Shown one piece after another: positions 47,592-58,705 of a DNA stretch of 64,000 bases; the first letter of the stretch is position 1; each line of letters opens with the position of its first letter. The notes below the pieces were generated by a model that worked only from the letters and a program-made list of their open reading frames with translations, was not told the origin of the DNA and did no database searches. The position numbers and the translations under genes were made by a program. The DNA comes from a candidate division WOR-3 bacterium (GTDB lineage: Bacteria > Hydrothermota > Tepidihabitantia > SM23-42 > CAYGYG01): NCBI GenBank assembly GCA_965648915.1, contig CBFGIV010000001.1, forward strand, positions 1 to 64,000, read 5' to 3'.

Positions 47592-48926
47592 TTAGATGTA
47601 ATTATTAATAGGCCCATAGATCCAGTAGAAGCCATTTGTTAAAACTGCATTGACATCAGTATCCGAGTTGGCGATTCCATCCCTGACCAACTGCAGGGCA
47701 ATCTCCTTGGTCTTTTTGAGATAATTGCGGGCCAGTTCCGCACCAGGATTTTGAGCATTTTTTAAATTTGTGAAATAATTGATCAGGGCAGAATCCTTTT
47801 TCGGATCGCCAATCATTTTCTTCCATGGTGCAAATCCTGATGGGGGATCGCCGATCTTAGGATCGATCCTCTTTTTTAACTCTTCGAGCGGAAGGTATTC
47901 TCCTTTCTCTATATCATAGACGCCCGCCGGACGGTTCTTTTCATATTTTAAGAAGCCATCTTTCTGCGAACCATCGGGGTTCTGACCACCAATAATTTTT
48001 TTGTTAACCATCTGATCGATCAATTCATTATGGAGGGATTTGTCATTGAGGTGTTTGGACATAACCTTTAATATACATTGAAAGACATCGATCCCTACAT
48101 AGTCGATCAACTGGAAAATACCCATAGGTCTGATCAGGAAGTCCTGACTGATGCGGTTCATTATATAGATAGCACCAGCCAGACCGTACTCTCTCTTCAA
48201 ATCATTTAAGAGATTTAAGGCATAGAGTCCATCCCTCATAAAATGGCCATTCCCGATAAATCCGGCCCGGTCATTGGCCGGGACGAGTGTCTTACCAAGC
48301 CTTTTACCCAGTTCAGTTGAAATTTCTTTAAGTTCGTTTACAGCGGTTTTTGGTATTATCACCTCAACCAGACGCTGGACCACAGGGGGGTTATAAAAAT
48401 GGTAGCCAATAATCCTTCCGCCCAGTCCAACCTTTTCATCGAGGAAACTGATCGGAATTGAAGATGTGTTGGTCAGATAAAGGGTATTTTTGGTGGTGAG
48501 GCTGTTGATCTGTTTCAGAACCTTAATCTTGGTCTCTTCATCTTCGACGATTGCTTCAAAAACCAGATGGGAATTTTTGGTCAGGGCCAGGTCAGTGCCA
48601 AAATTTATCAGCCCGAGTGCATCATCAAGAAAGGTCTTAATGATCTCTTCATTTTCAACCAGATCGGCACGGTCCTGATAGAGCTGGCGCAGAGCAACAA
48701 TCGATTTTTCTGATGCCTTTAATAACTGACTCTTAAGATAACTGCGTAATCCATCGATCGCCTTTTCATTTATATCGATTAAATTGAGACGAAAGATCTT
48801 ATCCCGGTTTTCCGAAAGATTTTTGAGACGGGCCATCTCCCGGGCAAGCAGGGTCGCAATACCGCTGCCCATTTTACCTGCGGCCCCGATCACGGAAACA
48901 TTCTCAAGCCTTGCATCGAGATTCAC
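47592..48926 (-). CDS. 3-hydroxyacyl-CoA dehydrogenase family protein
   Basis: VIGAAGKMGSGIA, FEAIVED, TNTSSIPI, HFYNP, GFIGN. Confidence 0.88.
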   Translation of the reverse strand: MNLDARLENVSVIGAAGKMGSGIATLLAREMARLKNLSENRDKIFRLNLIDINEKAIDGLRSYLKSQLLKASEKSIVALRQLYQDRADLVENEEIIKTFLDDALGLINFGTDLALTKNSHLVFEAIVEDEETKIKVLKQINSLTTKNTLYLTNTSSIPISFLDEKVGLGGRIIGYHFYNPPVVQRLVEVIIPKTAVNELKEISTELGKRLGKTLVPANDRAGFIGNGHFMRDGLYALNLLNDLKREYGLAGAIYIMNRISQDFLIRPMGIFQLIDYVGIDVFQCILKVMSKHLNDKSLHNELIDQMVNKKIIGGQNPDGSQKDGFLKYEKNRPAGVYDIEKGEYLPLEELKKRIDPKIGDPPSGFAPWKKMIGDPKKDSALINYFTNLKNAQNPGAELARNYLKKTKEIALQLVRDGIANSDTDVNAVLTNGFYWIYGPINNYI

Positions 48927-49176
48927 ACTACCTCCTTGTTAAAGGGTTAAGTCATCCTATCAACGAATGGGCTAAATTGCAGTAACATTACACGAGCGAT
49001 ATGGTGTAATTGTCCTGTAATTATATCGAATATTTCTATAAAGGCAAGAGGAATCTATAGGAATTGGATCATTACACTTTGGGGTCGGTTTCGAGTTTGA
49101 AACTATTTGACACATAGAAGGAATTGATTATATTTACTTGTGGATTATGATTTCAGGAGCAAGCAAAGGAGGAAAG

Positions 49177-50586
49177 ATGCGCATTTCATTGCAATGTCTA
49201 ATTCTTGTTACCGGTTTATTGCTGGCATCTTCTGTCCGCTGTTCAGATAATGAACCACCTGAAGTCACAATTATCGAACCGGTCGATGGTGCTACAGTTT
49301 GGGGTGATGTGATGATAAAGGTTGACGCCGAAGACAACCGTAAACTTGAGAAGACCGAACTCTACATCGATGGTGCCCTCAAGTATACTGATACTTCCCA
49401 GACCGGTCTGGAGTATGTTTGGGTAACGGACTCATTGCCGGACAGCACCTGGCGAACAATCTGGGCAAAAGCATACGACCGTTCAAAAAATGAAGCCAGT
49501 TCTGAAACGATCTCGGTTCTTCTCTTCCGGCGCGGGCATATCAAGTGGCGAGTGGGCACAGGATCAGATGTTGGTTCGCCGCCGGCGGTTGGAACTGATG
49601 GCATAATCTATGTCGGGGGCAGTGATAACCACCTCCATGCCATCAATCCGAACGGGACGGTGAAGTGGGGGTATGATACTTATAACGATCTTCGGCCCGG
49701 TCCGTCAATTGGTTATGACGGCACGATTTATATCATGGCTGATGGCGATCTTCTGACCTGGTGCGAATTCTATGCCATCAATCCCGACGGCAGTAAGCAG
49801 TGGTCCTACAGCATCGACTACAACCTGGATAACAACTATTCGACCGCCGCGATTGCGGCCGACGGCACGATCTATGTCGGTTCGGTTGATGACCATCTTT
49901 ACGCCTTCAATCCGAATGGAACGGTCAAGTGGCGATACAGAACCGGCTATAATATAGTCTCCTCACCCGCCATCGATAAAGATGGCACGGTCTATGTCGG
50001 CTCAATGGACGGGTATTTTTATGCGATCAATCCTGACGGTTCGCTTAAGTGGCGGATAGCCATTGGATCGATCGGACGGTCATCACCAGCAATTGGATCC
50101 GATGGGACAATTTATTTTGGGGCTGATGTCTATCTCTGGGCTTTGGATCCTATCGGTTCTATAAAATGGCAGTGTGCGACCGGCGGTTATATTGAATCCT
50201 CGCCGGCCATAGGTCCGGACGGCACAATCTATGTTGGTTCGAACGACGCACGACTCTATGCAATCTCTGCGACCGGTGTGCAACTGTGGAGTTATCAGAC
50301 TAATGGACAGGTGCTCTCATCACCGGCGGTCTGTTCCGACGGCACGATCATCTTTGGAAGCGATGACGGGTATCTGCACGCGGTCAACGGAAGCGACGGT
50401 GCACTGAAGTGGCGGTGTAATTGCGGTGGTCCGGTCCGGTCTTCACCAGCCGTCAGTCCAGATGGCATTATTTATGTGGGTTCAGAAGACGACGGGGTCT
50501 ATGCGATCTATGGAACTGCCGGACTGGCCAATAGCGCCTGGCCGATGTTTCACCGGGATCCTCGCCATACCGGTCGGGCACAATAA
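49177..50586 (+). CDS. Exported Ig-like plus PQQ/BamB-type beta-propeller protein
   Basis: GGAGG SD before ATG 49177; DNEPPEVTIIEP Ig domain; about eight SSPAIGxDGTIYVGS...KW blades. Confidence 0.88.
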   Translation: MRISLQCLILVTGLLLASSVRCSDNEPPEVTIIEPVDGATVWGDVMIKVDAEDNRKLEKTELYIDGALKYTDTSQTGLEYVWVTDSLPDSTWRTIWAKAYDRSKNEASSETISVLLFRRGHIKWRVGTGSDVGSPPAVGTDGIIYVGGSDNHLHAINPNGTVKWGYDTYNDLRPGPSIGYDGTIYIMADGDLLTWCEFYAINPDGSKQWSYSIDYNLDNNYSTAAIAADGTIYVGSVDDHLYAFNPNGTVKWRYRTGYNIVSSPAIDKDGTVYVGSMDGYFYAINPDGSLKWRIAIGSIGRSSPAIGSDGTIYFGADVYLWALDPIGSIKWQCATGGYIESSPAIGPDGTIYVGSNDARLYAISATGVQLWSYQTNGQVLSSPAVCSDGTIIFGSDDGYLHAVNGSDGALKWRCNCGGPVRSSPAVSPDGIIYVGSEDDGVYAIYGTAGLANSAWPMFHRDPRHTGRAQ

Positions 50587-50667
50587 GTTAAAAGATGGAG
50601 AGCTTTTTACTGCTTTACTTACTTTTCTGAATATATGGGTAAGGCGAACTATTAAGCCATTTATTTC

Positions 50668-50695
50668 TTGACATCTATGGTAATCCCGGTATAAT
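50668..50695 (+). promoter_or_regulatory. Consensus sigma70 promoter of the rpsU operon
   Basis: TTGACA-16 bp-TATAAT. Confidence 0.8.
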
Positions 50696-50783
50696 ATAAT
50701 TTGCAGGGACAGATCTTTTGTAATAACCACAGAAGAATTTATCTGGTTAAACTAAACCTTATGAAAGGAGGCGTTACTGAAAT

Positions 50784-50978
50784 ATGACCGGTATTGTTGT
50801 TTACAACGGCGAGTCTTTTGACAATGCAATGAGACGGTTTCGCAAGGCGGTCGAACGGGCTGGTATATTAAAAGACATTAAAAAACACCAGACCTACGAA
50901 AAGCCGAGCGAAAAGAGGAAGAAAAAACTCATTGCTGCCCGTAAGAAGCAGTATCGTAAGATGAAGGAAGAGATCTGA
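50784..50978 (+). CDS. rpsU: 30S ribosomal protein S21
   Basis: [12 protein letters not shown]...[11 protein letters not shown]. Confidence 0.96.
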   Translation: MTGIVVYNGESFDNAMRRFRKAVERAGILKDIKKHQTYEKPSEKRKKKLIAARKKQYRKMKEEI

Positions 50979-51041
50979 GCGAAGAATAAAAAATTTTAAG
51001 TGTGTCGATCTGAGTAGATAGTTGCTTACCAATCTACAATA

Positions 51042-53288
51042 ATGAATCCCCACACGGTTCAGGTTTTAGAATTCCCCAAGATTCTTGAACTTCTGGCTGA
51101 AAACTGCACAACCACCTTAGGCCGGAATTATGCCCGAACCTTGATGCCCATCACAGATCGAGTGTCGATAAATAGATGGCTGGAAGAGATTGACGAAGTG
51201 ATCAGGAGTGGTTTGACGATAGAATTCTTTCAGCCCTTTGAACCAGATTATCTTAGAAATAAGCTCTGTCTGCCCGAGACCTATCTTCCACCCGAGGATT
51301 TTAATTTACTCCGGACTTTTTTACTTCATATCGGTATCGTAAGGAGTCAGCTCCGGAATAGACTACTGAAAGAACTGACCTCGGGACTTGGTGATTACTC
51401 TTTACTGATTCGTTCGATCGATCAGATTTTTCTTGAAGATGGTTCGATGCGTAGTGATGCCTCACCCCGGCTCCGGCAGATCAGTAAATCGATCGCTGAA
51501 TCCCGGCAGAAGATCCAGGAGATACTCCAGAACATCTCCCGGGAAAACGAAAGATTCCTTTCTGATACCACTATAACAATCCGGGAGGGGAGATATGTCT
51601 TACCGTTGAAGGCTGCACACCGGGGAATGATAAGGGGTATTGTCAATGGGCGGTCAGCAAGTGAACAGACGATCTTTATTGAACCTTTAGAATCAATCGA
51701 AGAGCAGAACCGTCTGGCAGAACTTATTAGCGAGGAAGAGATGGAGATCGTCCGGATCCTGAAAGATTTGAGTGATAAGGTGCGTGCATCTATTGATGCG
51801 ATTGAATCTGATATTATCCGGATCGGTCGATTGGATCTTATATTTGCCAAGGCACGATTCGCACAAAAGATCAAGGGTAACCGGGTCAGGATTGATGAAG
51901 AAGGCAGGCTGAAGATTAAGAGGGCTATCCATCCCCTTTTGTTGATCTCGAAAAAGATTGATGAGATTGTCCCTCTCGATTTATCCATCGATCACGACAC
52001 TTCGATCATTGTTATATCTGGGCCGAATGCGGGCGGCAAGACTGTTGCCTTAAAGACCATTGGTCTGCTGGCATTGATGAATCAGGCCGGGCTCTTTGTG
52101 CCGGCTGAAGAAGGGACAAGCCTGAAGGTCTTTTCGAAGATCTTTGTAGACATTGGTGATGAACAGAGTATTGAAGATGCTCAGTCTACTTTCTCTGGTC
52201 ATCTGAGAATTGTTAATGAGGCGTTACAATCGGCTGATGGCGATACCCTGCTCCTGTTTGATGAATTTCTTTCTCAGACTTCACCGGATGAAGGTGCGGC
52301 ACTTGCCTGCTCAATGCTTGAAGAGTTTAAGAGGCGCGGAGCCTTACTCTTTGCCACAACCCACAATGAGAAGATCAAGATGTTTGTTCAAACCCAGCCC
52401 GGGATGAAAAATGCAGGTATGGAATTTAAAGATCGCCCCACATATCGATTGATTGTTGATGTGCCTCAGGGTTCAAACGCACTCCTGGTTGCCCAGGAGA
52501 TGGGGATTGAGGCCGGGATATTAAAAAGGGCAAGGGAATTTCTTGATCCCCAGATCTATTCTTTCAATCAGTTGCTTGAGAATCTGGCACAGGAGGCGAC
52601 CCAGGTCAAGAAACTGAGGGAGGAACTGGAAGAGTTGAAAAAGGACTATGAAGCGAGGATTGGTCGATTTGGCGAATATACAAAGCAGCAGAAGGCAAAG
52701 ATGCATCAGGAGTTCGAATCGCTGATCGACCAGCAACGCCGGGAATTTTCAACATTGATAAGAAGGATTAAAGAATCACGCGCATCAAAACCGGCAATTG
52801 AAGAGGCTCGAAAATTTATGGCTCAGGCTGAGCGCACACTTGAGAAGAGACGGGAGCCATATTTCCCCAGGATGGGCGAGACGGTCTCTGTCCCGCGCTA
52901 CAAATTCAAGGGCGAGGTCCTGGCGATTGAGGATCAGAGATATCTTATTGGTTCTGAAAAGATGAAGATCTGGGTTGGACCGGATGAGATCGAGATGGTT
53001 AAGGAGGAGAAGAATAAAGTCACCGAATCGGCCGGGATAAGTGATTTTATACCAGTGCTCAACCTGCGTGGCAAATTTCGTGATGATATCTTCCCGGCTC
53101 TGGATCGGTTCATCTATGATGCAATTTGTAAAAATTATAAGGTTGTAACGATCCTGCACGGTAAAGGCCGGGGCATTTTACGGCAGGCAGTTGCAGACTA
53201 TTTGAAAAAGATTAAAGAGGTCAAATCCTTTCGCTCGGGTGAGTTAAGTGAAGGGGGGACAGGGGTCACGATTGTGGAGTTAGAATGA
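51042..53288 (+). CDS. mutS2: MutS2 family protein with C-terminal Smr domain
   Basis: VLEFPKI, GPNAGGKT, DIGDEQSIE, STFSGH, LHGKGRG, GGTGVTIVEL. Confidence 0.95.
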   Translation: MNPHTVQVLEFPKILELLAENCTTTLGRNYARTLMPITDRVSINRWLEEIDEVIRSGLTIEFFQPFEPDYLRNKLCLPETYLPPEDFNLLRTFLLHIGIVRSQLRNRLLKELTSGLGDYSLLIRSIDQIFLEDGSMRSDASPRLRQISKSIAESRQKIQEILQNISRENERFLSDTTITIREGRYVLPLKAAHRGMIRGIVNGRSASEQTIFIEPLESIEEQNRLAELISEEEMEIVRILKDLSDKVRASIDAIESDIIRIGRLDLIFAKARFAQKIKGNRVRIDEEGRLKIKRAIHPLLLISKKIDEIVPLDLSIDHDTSIIVISGPNAGGKTVALKTIGLLALMNQAGLFVPAEEGTSLKVFSKIFVDIGDEQSIEDAQSTFSGHLRIVNEALQSADGDTLLLFDEFLSQTSPDEGAALACSMLEEFKRRGALLFATTHNEKIKMFVQTQPGMKNAGMEFKDRPTYRLIVDVPQGSNALLVAQEMGIEAGILKRAREFLDPQIYSFNQLLENLAQEATQVKKLREELEELKKDYEARIGRFGEYTKQQKAKMHQEFESLIDQQRREFSTLIRRIKESRASKPAIEEARKFMAQAERTLEKRREPYFPRMGETVSVPRYKFKGEVLAIEDQRYLIGSEKMKIWVGPDEIEMVKEEKNKVTESAGISDFIPVLNLRGKFRDDIFPALDRFIYDAICKNYKVVTILHGKGRGILRQAVADYLKKIKEVKSFRSGELSEGGTGVTIVELE

Positions 53289-54949
53289 TTACCAAGGAAC
53301 AGATCGACGAGATCAGGGAGAAGACCGATATTGTCGACTTAATCGGTGAGTATCTCCCACTTAAAAAAGTAGGCAAGAACTATCGTGCCCTCTGCCCGTT
53401 TCATACGGAAAAGGACCCTTCGTTCTATGTCAATCCCGAGAAGAAGATATTCTACTGTTTTGGCTGTCAAACCGGCGGTGATGCCCTGACCTTTGTGATG
53501 AAGTATGAAAACCTCGATTTTCCCAGTGCCTTGGAAAAGTTAGGGAAGAGGGTCGGTGTCAATATTGTCCGGGGTTCGGCCCAGGATAAGTATGAGGATT
53601 TATATGAGGCGAATGAGTTTGCCGCCAATTTTTATAATCTGGCTCTTGAGAAAGATAGTGATCAGCGGGGTTTGAACTATCTGCGCCAGCGGAAGATTAC
53701 CCAGGATACGATAAAGAGGTTTAAACTCGGTTATGCACCGCCTGCGGGTGGCCTTATCGCCGAAGCCCGCAAGAAGAATTTTGCCATTGAAAAATTGATC
53801 AAGATTGGTCTTGTCTCTGCAGATCGCCGCTGGGAGCATTTTCGTGCCCGGGTAATCTTTCCCATATTTAACTTAGGCGGTAGAATTATCGGTTTTGGCG
53901 GCCGTGGTATTGATGAGCGGATCGAACCTAAATATCTGAATTCACCGGAAAGTCCGATTTTTAAAAAAGGTGATGCACTATTCGGTCTCTACCAGGCAAG
54001 AGATTCAATAAGAGCCAGGAACTCTGCCCTGCTGGTTGAGGGGTATTTTGATCAGATTTCACTCTTTCAGGCCGGCATCTTAAATGTAGTTGCCCCGTTG
54101 GGGACAGCCTTTACTGAGAGTCAAGCACTCCTCTTGAGCCGGTATTGTAAACAGGTCTACCTTTTCTTTGATGGTGATATGTCGGGAATAAGAGCGGCCC
54201 TCAGAGCAATAGGATTACTCATAAATGTTCAGGTTGGAGTCAAGGTGGTCAATCTGCCCGAAGGAAAGGACCCCGACTCTTTTGTAAATGAGAAAGGGGA
54301 GAGAGGAGTAAATGAACTGATTGAATCTGCCCAGGATTTTCTCGATTTTTACAGGGAAGCAAAAGGTTTTAAAAATATTGAGGAAGAGATCTCCCTTATT
54401 AAAGAGATTGCTCAGATCTTGCGAATGATAAATGACCCGATCAGGTTTGAAAAATACCTTAGATATACTTCAAAATTATTTGAAATATCAGAAGATAGTT
54501 TGCGGAAGGAGATCGCGGGTCAAAAAAAGGATCGAGAAGAGGTTGGCAGAAAGACAGTTGGTCTTGACCCTGAGATAAAGATTTTTGCCACTTCAATATC
54601 TTCGGACGAAAAATTCAAAATTGCTCAAAATTATCTGGACCCGGACGACTTCTCCAATAAAGAATTAAATTTTGTATTCAGTGAACTTAAGAAAAGAGAA
54701 AAGATAGACTTTTCTTCGGTTCTCTCTTTGATCAGTGATGAAACGATGAAGAAAGCCCTTATGAACTTAGCCCTTTTTGAACAGAGTATTGATGATAGTG
54801 AGTTTGAGCGAATGATAAAGAAATTTAAAATCAAGAGAGAGATACAGCAGACCAGGAGGTTACTCGGTGAAGCGGTCAGAAAAGGGGACGATGGAGCGAT
54901 TAAGGCGTTGCAGATGAGATTGATTGAACTTAAGAAGTTCAGTTTATGA
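53285..54949 (+). CDS. dnaG: DNA primase
   Basis: CPFHTEKDPSF...CFGC, GFGGR, KYLNSPES, VEGYFD, FDGD, KDPD. Confidence 0.97.
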   Translation: MITKEQIDEIREKTDIVDLIGEYLPLKKVGKNYRALCPFHTEKDPSFYVNPEKKIFYCFGCQTGGDALTFVMKYENLDFPSALEKLGKRVGVNIVRGSAQDKYEDLYEANEFAANFYNLALEKDSDQRGLNYLRQRKITQDTIKRFKLGYAPPAGGLIAEARKKNFAIEKLIKIGLVSADRRWEHFRARVIFPIFNLGGRIIGFGGRGIDERIEPKYLNSPESPIFKKGDALFGLYQARDSIRARNSALLVEGYFDQISLFQAGILNVVAPLGTAFTESQALLLSRYCKQVYLFFDGDMSGIRAALRAIGLLINVQVGVKVVNLPEGKDPDSFVNEKGERGVNELIESAQDFLDFYREAKGFKNIEEEISLIKEIAQILRMINDPIRFEKYLRYTSKLFEISEDSLRKEIAGQKKDREEVGRKTVGLDPEIKIFATSISSDEKFKIAQNYLDPDDFSNKELNFVFSELKKREKIDFSSVLSLISDETMKKALMNLALFEQSIDDSEFERMIKKFKIKREIQQTRRLLGEAVRKGDDGAIKALQMRLIELKKFSL

Positions 54950-55206
54950 GTAAACCAATCTATTCAATCGTTGTCTATAAAATATGTATATAAGAGGGGA
55001 ATATTTACTATTTTAAACCCTATAATCGGTTATTTATAAACCGGTATATTACTTAGTTCATTAACTTTTGTAGTATGATAAGATATATTGATTGTCGGTT
55101 ATAATCTGGTGATAGAATCAATCGGCCTGTGATAGTGCAGGTGGTGCCTTTAATTAGAACGAATATAAGTTCAGTTGATTAAGGCCCTTTTTTGAGACGG
55201 AGGTTT

Positions 55207-56769
55207 ATGTTTAAAGAAATTATCGAAAAGATCTATGCCAAAGGGTCAAAGACCGGCTATGTGACCCTTAACGATATTAATGAAATCCTGCCTGAGGATA
55301 TTCTACCAAATCAGATTGACGAAATTCTGGTTCAGATTGCACGCCGGGGTATCCAGGTTGTCGATTCTGAAGAGGTTGTGCCCGAGATTAAGAAACGGCC
55401 CGCAGTAATTACGCGTGCAGAAGAGCCAATTCGTGCCTATTTTAAAGAGCTCGCTCATTACTCTCTCCTCTCGAAAAAAGAGGAGACCGAACTTTCTCAG
55501 AAAATTGAGACTGGTTACCGGATGATTGAACGGCAGATATTTTATTTCCCGGGTATAATTGAATATCTGATTGATTACTGTAAGATGGTTGAGACCGGGA
55601 AGAAGACGCTCGATCAGGTTTCACGGGTTGAAATCGAAGCCCTGCTCAACAAACATACTCTATGGCAGGAGCGTCAGAAGTTTATTCGACGGATCAAGGC
55701 GGTTGAACGTGAGTTAAAATTGCTCATTGCGATGTTGAATGATAAGGGGCATCGGGTTTCAGAGTATAAGATCTTTGAAAAGCGCGAGAAGATATTAAGA
55801 AAAATTTCTCAACTTTCTCTTCAACCCAGTGTGATGAATCAGGTCATTCAGTACTTCAAAGATCTGACAACTGAACTCCAGCGTATAAACGACCGACTTA
55901 AAATATTAAAAGATACCGATTCAAAAATTGTAAAGATGTTCCGGAGGCGACGACGGCAGATTGAGCATCAATTAAAGGCCAAAAAGGATGGTTTCGATAA
56001 TGTCCTGACCGTAATCAGTTCCTGGGAGGATGTAATCAGCAAGGCACGGAAACGGATGATCGAAGGTAATATGCGGCTGGTGATCAGTATTGCAAAGCGC
56101 TATGTTAATCGGGGGCTCGATTTTTCCGATCTGGTAGGTGAGGGGAACAATGGTTTGATTCGTGCGGTCGAGAAATTTGATTATCGTAAAGGCTATAAAT
56201 TTTCCACCTATGCTACCTGGTGGATCCGTCAGGCAATAAATCGTGCCATCGGCGATCAGGCCCGGACCGTCCGGGTCCCGGCCCATGTCCTTGATACAAT
56301 GAATAAGGTTGCCCGGGCGATGCGTGATATGATACAGGAATTGGGCCGTGAGCCGACCGCCGAGGAGGTGGCAAAAAGACTGGATATTTCTACGGAAAAG
56401 GTCCGGATGGCACACAATATATCACTCATCCCGATCTCCCTGGATAAACCTATTGATGATGAAGAGTCAAGTTTTGTGGGTGATTTCATTGGCGATCCCA
56501 AGGTCGAGTCACCCGCCCGGCAGGCAGCACTGGCAATAATCAAAGATCGTTTCTCAGAAGTCTTACGCAGCCTTTCCCGTCGGGAAGAGAAGATTATCCG
56601 TTTGAGATTTGGACTTAATGATGGTTGCCCCAAAACCCTCGAAGAAGTTGGTAGAATGTTTAACATCACTCGCGAAAGGGTCAGACAGCTTGAAGCCAAG
56701 GCATTAAAAAAGTTGCGCCATCCAGTCCGAATCCGAAGGCTCGACCTGTATAAGAGTCTGATCGGATAG
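55207..56769 (+). CDS. rpoD: Primary sigma factor (sigma70)
   Basis: GGAGG SD before ATG 55207; [32 protein letters not shown]...TRERVRQLE. Confidence 0.93.
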   Translation: MFKEIIEKIYAKGSKTGYVTLNDINEILPEDILPNQIDEILVQIARRGIQVVDSEEVVPEIKKRPAVITRAEEPIRAYFKELAHYSLLSKKEETELSQKIETGYRMIERQIFYFPGIIEYLIDYCKMVETGKKTLDQVSRVEIEALLNKHTLWQERQKFIRRIKAVERELKLLIAMLNDKGHRVSEYKIFEKREKILRKISQLSLQPSVMNQVIQYFKDLTTELQRINDRLKILKDTDSKIVKMFRRRRRQIEHQLKAKKDGFDNVLTVISSWEDVISKARKRMIEGNMRLVISIAKRYVNRGLDFSDLVGEGNNGLIRAVEKFDYRKGYKFSTYATWWIRQAINRAIGDQARTVRVPAHVLDTMNKVARAMRDMIQELGREPTAEEVAKRLDISTEKVRMAHNISLIPISLDKPIDDEESSFVGDFIGDPKVESPARQAALAIIKDRFSEVLRSLSRREEKIIRLRFGLNDGCPKTLEEVGRMFNITRERVRQLEAKALKKLRHPVRIRRLDLYKSLIG

Positions 56770-56799
56770 ACAAACGCCTCAATTGATTTATAAGACATT

Positions 56800-57711
56800 A
56801 TGTTTTTCTTCTTTATCTTTACCCTTATTCCGCTTGACTCATATCAGGATTTAAATGTTGGGGCAAGACCACGGGCATTAGGTTTTGCAGTAACTTCTCA
56901 AGTGGGTGACCCGGCAAATATCTTTTTTAACCCGGCCGGCCTGTCGGCGATGAAAGAAGGATGTTTTGTTGTTCATTACCGGGGCGAAGGTTTTGATAGC
57001 CTGGGTAGAATCGATGCAATTTCATTAATCCTTCCCGATCTTGCCTTATCCTATTTTCCTGTTGCCAATTCCGAAAAGTTTGTTGAAAGGTTGGTGGAGA
57101 GAGGAAAGGTCTGGGAGGATGAACGGTACAGGATCGATGAGTACATAATAACCGTAACATCGAGGACCGCCAATGCCTCTTTTAGTGATGAGGAGTATTT
57201 TCGGCTGGGCATTAATTTAAAATACCTGACCGGGCACTATTCAAAAATTGAGTGGAGTTATATCGATTCCCTCTGGTCAAAGCCCGAGTATATAATCAGT
57301 GATGGTAATGGTTATAGTTTAGACGGTGGTATCTTGATTAAGGTTGCTTATATTAATCTCGGGCTTCTCCTGAAAGATTTTTACGGAAGGATGAAATGGC
57401 AGCAAATTCATAATTCGGTAACTGATCGGCTGAGATTTATACCCCGGCTGGGATGCTCGGTCAATGCCCAGCAGATCAGGGTATTATTTGATATTCAGAA
57501 GGCAAGAGAGGTTACTTATCATCTCGGGACTGAAATCTGCTGGGAGATTTCAAAGTTTTCTTTGATGCCCAGGACCGGAGTGATATTCGAAGATGACCAG
57601 GCAGTTCGCTACACACTGGGAGGAGGAATCTCGGTCAATCGATTTATCATCGATTTCGGTATAGAACTGAAGTCCAAGACAAATGGAGTCTCGGTAGGCA
57701 TTTTATTGTAA
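56800..57711 (+). CDS. PorV/PorQ-like outer membrane beta-barrel protein
   Basis: VGARPRALG...IFFNPAGL N-terminal motif followed by amphipathic beta strands. Confidence 0.6.
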   Translation: MFFFFIFTLIPLDSYQDLNVGARPRALGFAVTSQVGDPANIFFNPAGLSAMKEGCFVVHYRGEGFDSLGRIDAISLILPDLALSYFPVANSEKFVERLVERGKVWEDERYRIDEYIITVTSRTANASFSDEEYFRLGINLKYLTGHYSKIEWSYIDSLWSKPEYIISDGNGYSLDGGILIKVAYINLGLLLKDFYGRMKWQQIHNSVTDRLRFIPRLGCSVNAQQIRVLFDIQKAREVTYHLGTEICWEISKFSLMPRTGVIFEDDQAVRYTLGGGISVNRFIIDFGIELKSKTNGVSVGILL

Positions 57712-57841
57712 AGACTCTACTAAAATATATAAAATTTACAGAGTTTATCGGGAATTGGTTTTATTATTAAAGCCCGGGTAAGATTCTGTTCATCTCCAAC
57801 TTCTTATTGACATTTTGACATATCTGAGTATATTGCCTGCG

Positions 57842-58660
57842 ATGAAATTGGATTTTGCAAATAGTGGATACAAAGAGGCAAAGATTGTCATCCTTGGATT
57901 TCCTTTTGATCGCACATCTTCATTTATCCCGGGTTCAAGATTTGGCCCTGAATATATCCGACAGGCGAGTTATAATATTGAAGGTTATAGTGTTTTTCAA
58001 AAGAGATCCCTGGCGGAGATTAAGATCTGTGATATGGGCGACCATTTCTTCGGTTTTTCTGCTCCCCTGAAGGAGATTGAGATCGAGGTCGGTAAAATTT
58101 ATAAAGCGAAGAAGACCGGGATATTCCTCGGTGGTGAACATACGATTAGCCTGGGTATTGTCCGGGCATTGAAGCGTTTTTATCATAATTTATCTGTAAT
58201 TCAATTTGACGCCCATGCGGATCTCCGCAATGAATTTTTAGGTGAAAAGATCTGTCATGCAACGGTGATGAAAAATATTGGTGTTATTATAGGGGAGTCA
58301 AATCTCTTTCAGTTAGGGATCAGGTCAGGCTTAAAAGAGGAGATGGAAAAGGCAAAGAACCTTTTCCCATCGACTGTGCTTGAACATACGAGCAAGATCA
58401 GAGAGGCCATCGGCCGAAGGCCGGTGTATCTCTCGATTGATGTCGATGTCCTTGATCCCGGCTTCCTTCCCTGTGTGGCAACACCCGAACCCGGCGGAAT
58501 AACCTATCAGGAACTGGTTAAGTCCTTAATTGATCTTAAGAGTTTAAATCTAATCGGTGCTGATATAGTTGAATACAATCCACTGGCTGCCTCTCCTCTG
58601 CCTTCAGGTTCGGTCGTCGCCGGATTATTAAAAGAATTAATCCTTTGTTTTGCAAAGTAA
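57842..58660 (+). CDS. speB: Agmatinase
   Basis: GSRFGP, GGEH, FDAHADLR, SIDVDVLDP, TPEPGG. Start at ATG 57842, 7 nt after a -10 box. Confidence 0.9.
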   Translation: MKLDFANSGYKEAKIVILGFPFDRTSSFIPGSRFGPEYIRQASYNIEGYSVFQKRSLAEIKICDMGDHFFGFSAPLKEIEIEVGKIYKAKKTGIFLGGEHTISLGIVRALKRFYHNLSVIQFDAHADLRNEFLGEKICHATVMKNIGVIIGESNLFQLGIRSGLKEEMEKAKNLFPSTVLEHTSKIREAIGRRPVYLSIDVDVLDPGFLPCVATPEPGGITYQELVKSLIDLKSLNLIGADIVEYNPLAASPLPSGSVVAGLLKELILCFAK

Positions 58661-58705
58661 TTAGAAATTAAAAGAACGAATAATATTTTATCATAGGAGG
58701 TGCCT

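Noticed and set aside
49177..50586. PQQ-dependent dehydrogenase linked to the PqqD-like radical SAM enzyme
   Set aside because: It is a generic repeat propeller without recognisable dehydrogenase features, 15 kb away, and no pqqA/B/C genes are present.
54950..55200. 250-bp gap between dnaG and rpoD as a possible ncRNA
   Set aside because: AT-rich with no convincing stems or known motif; most simply an rpoD promoter region.
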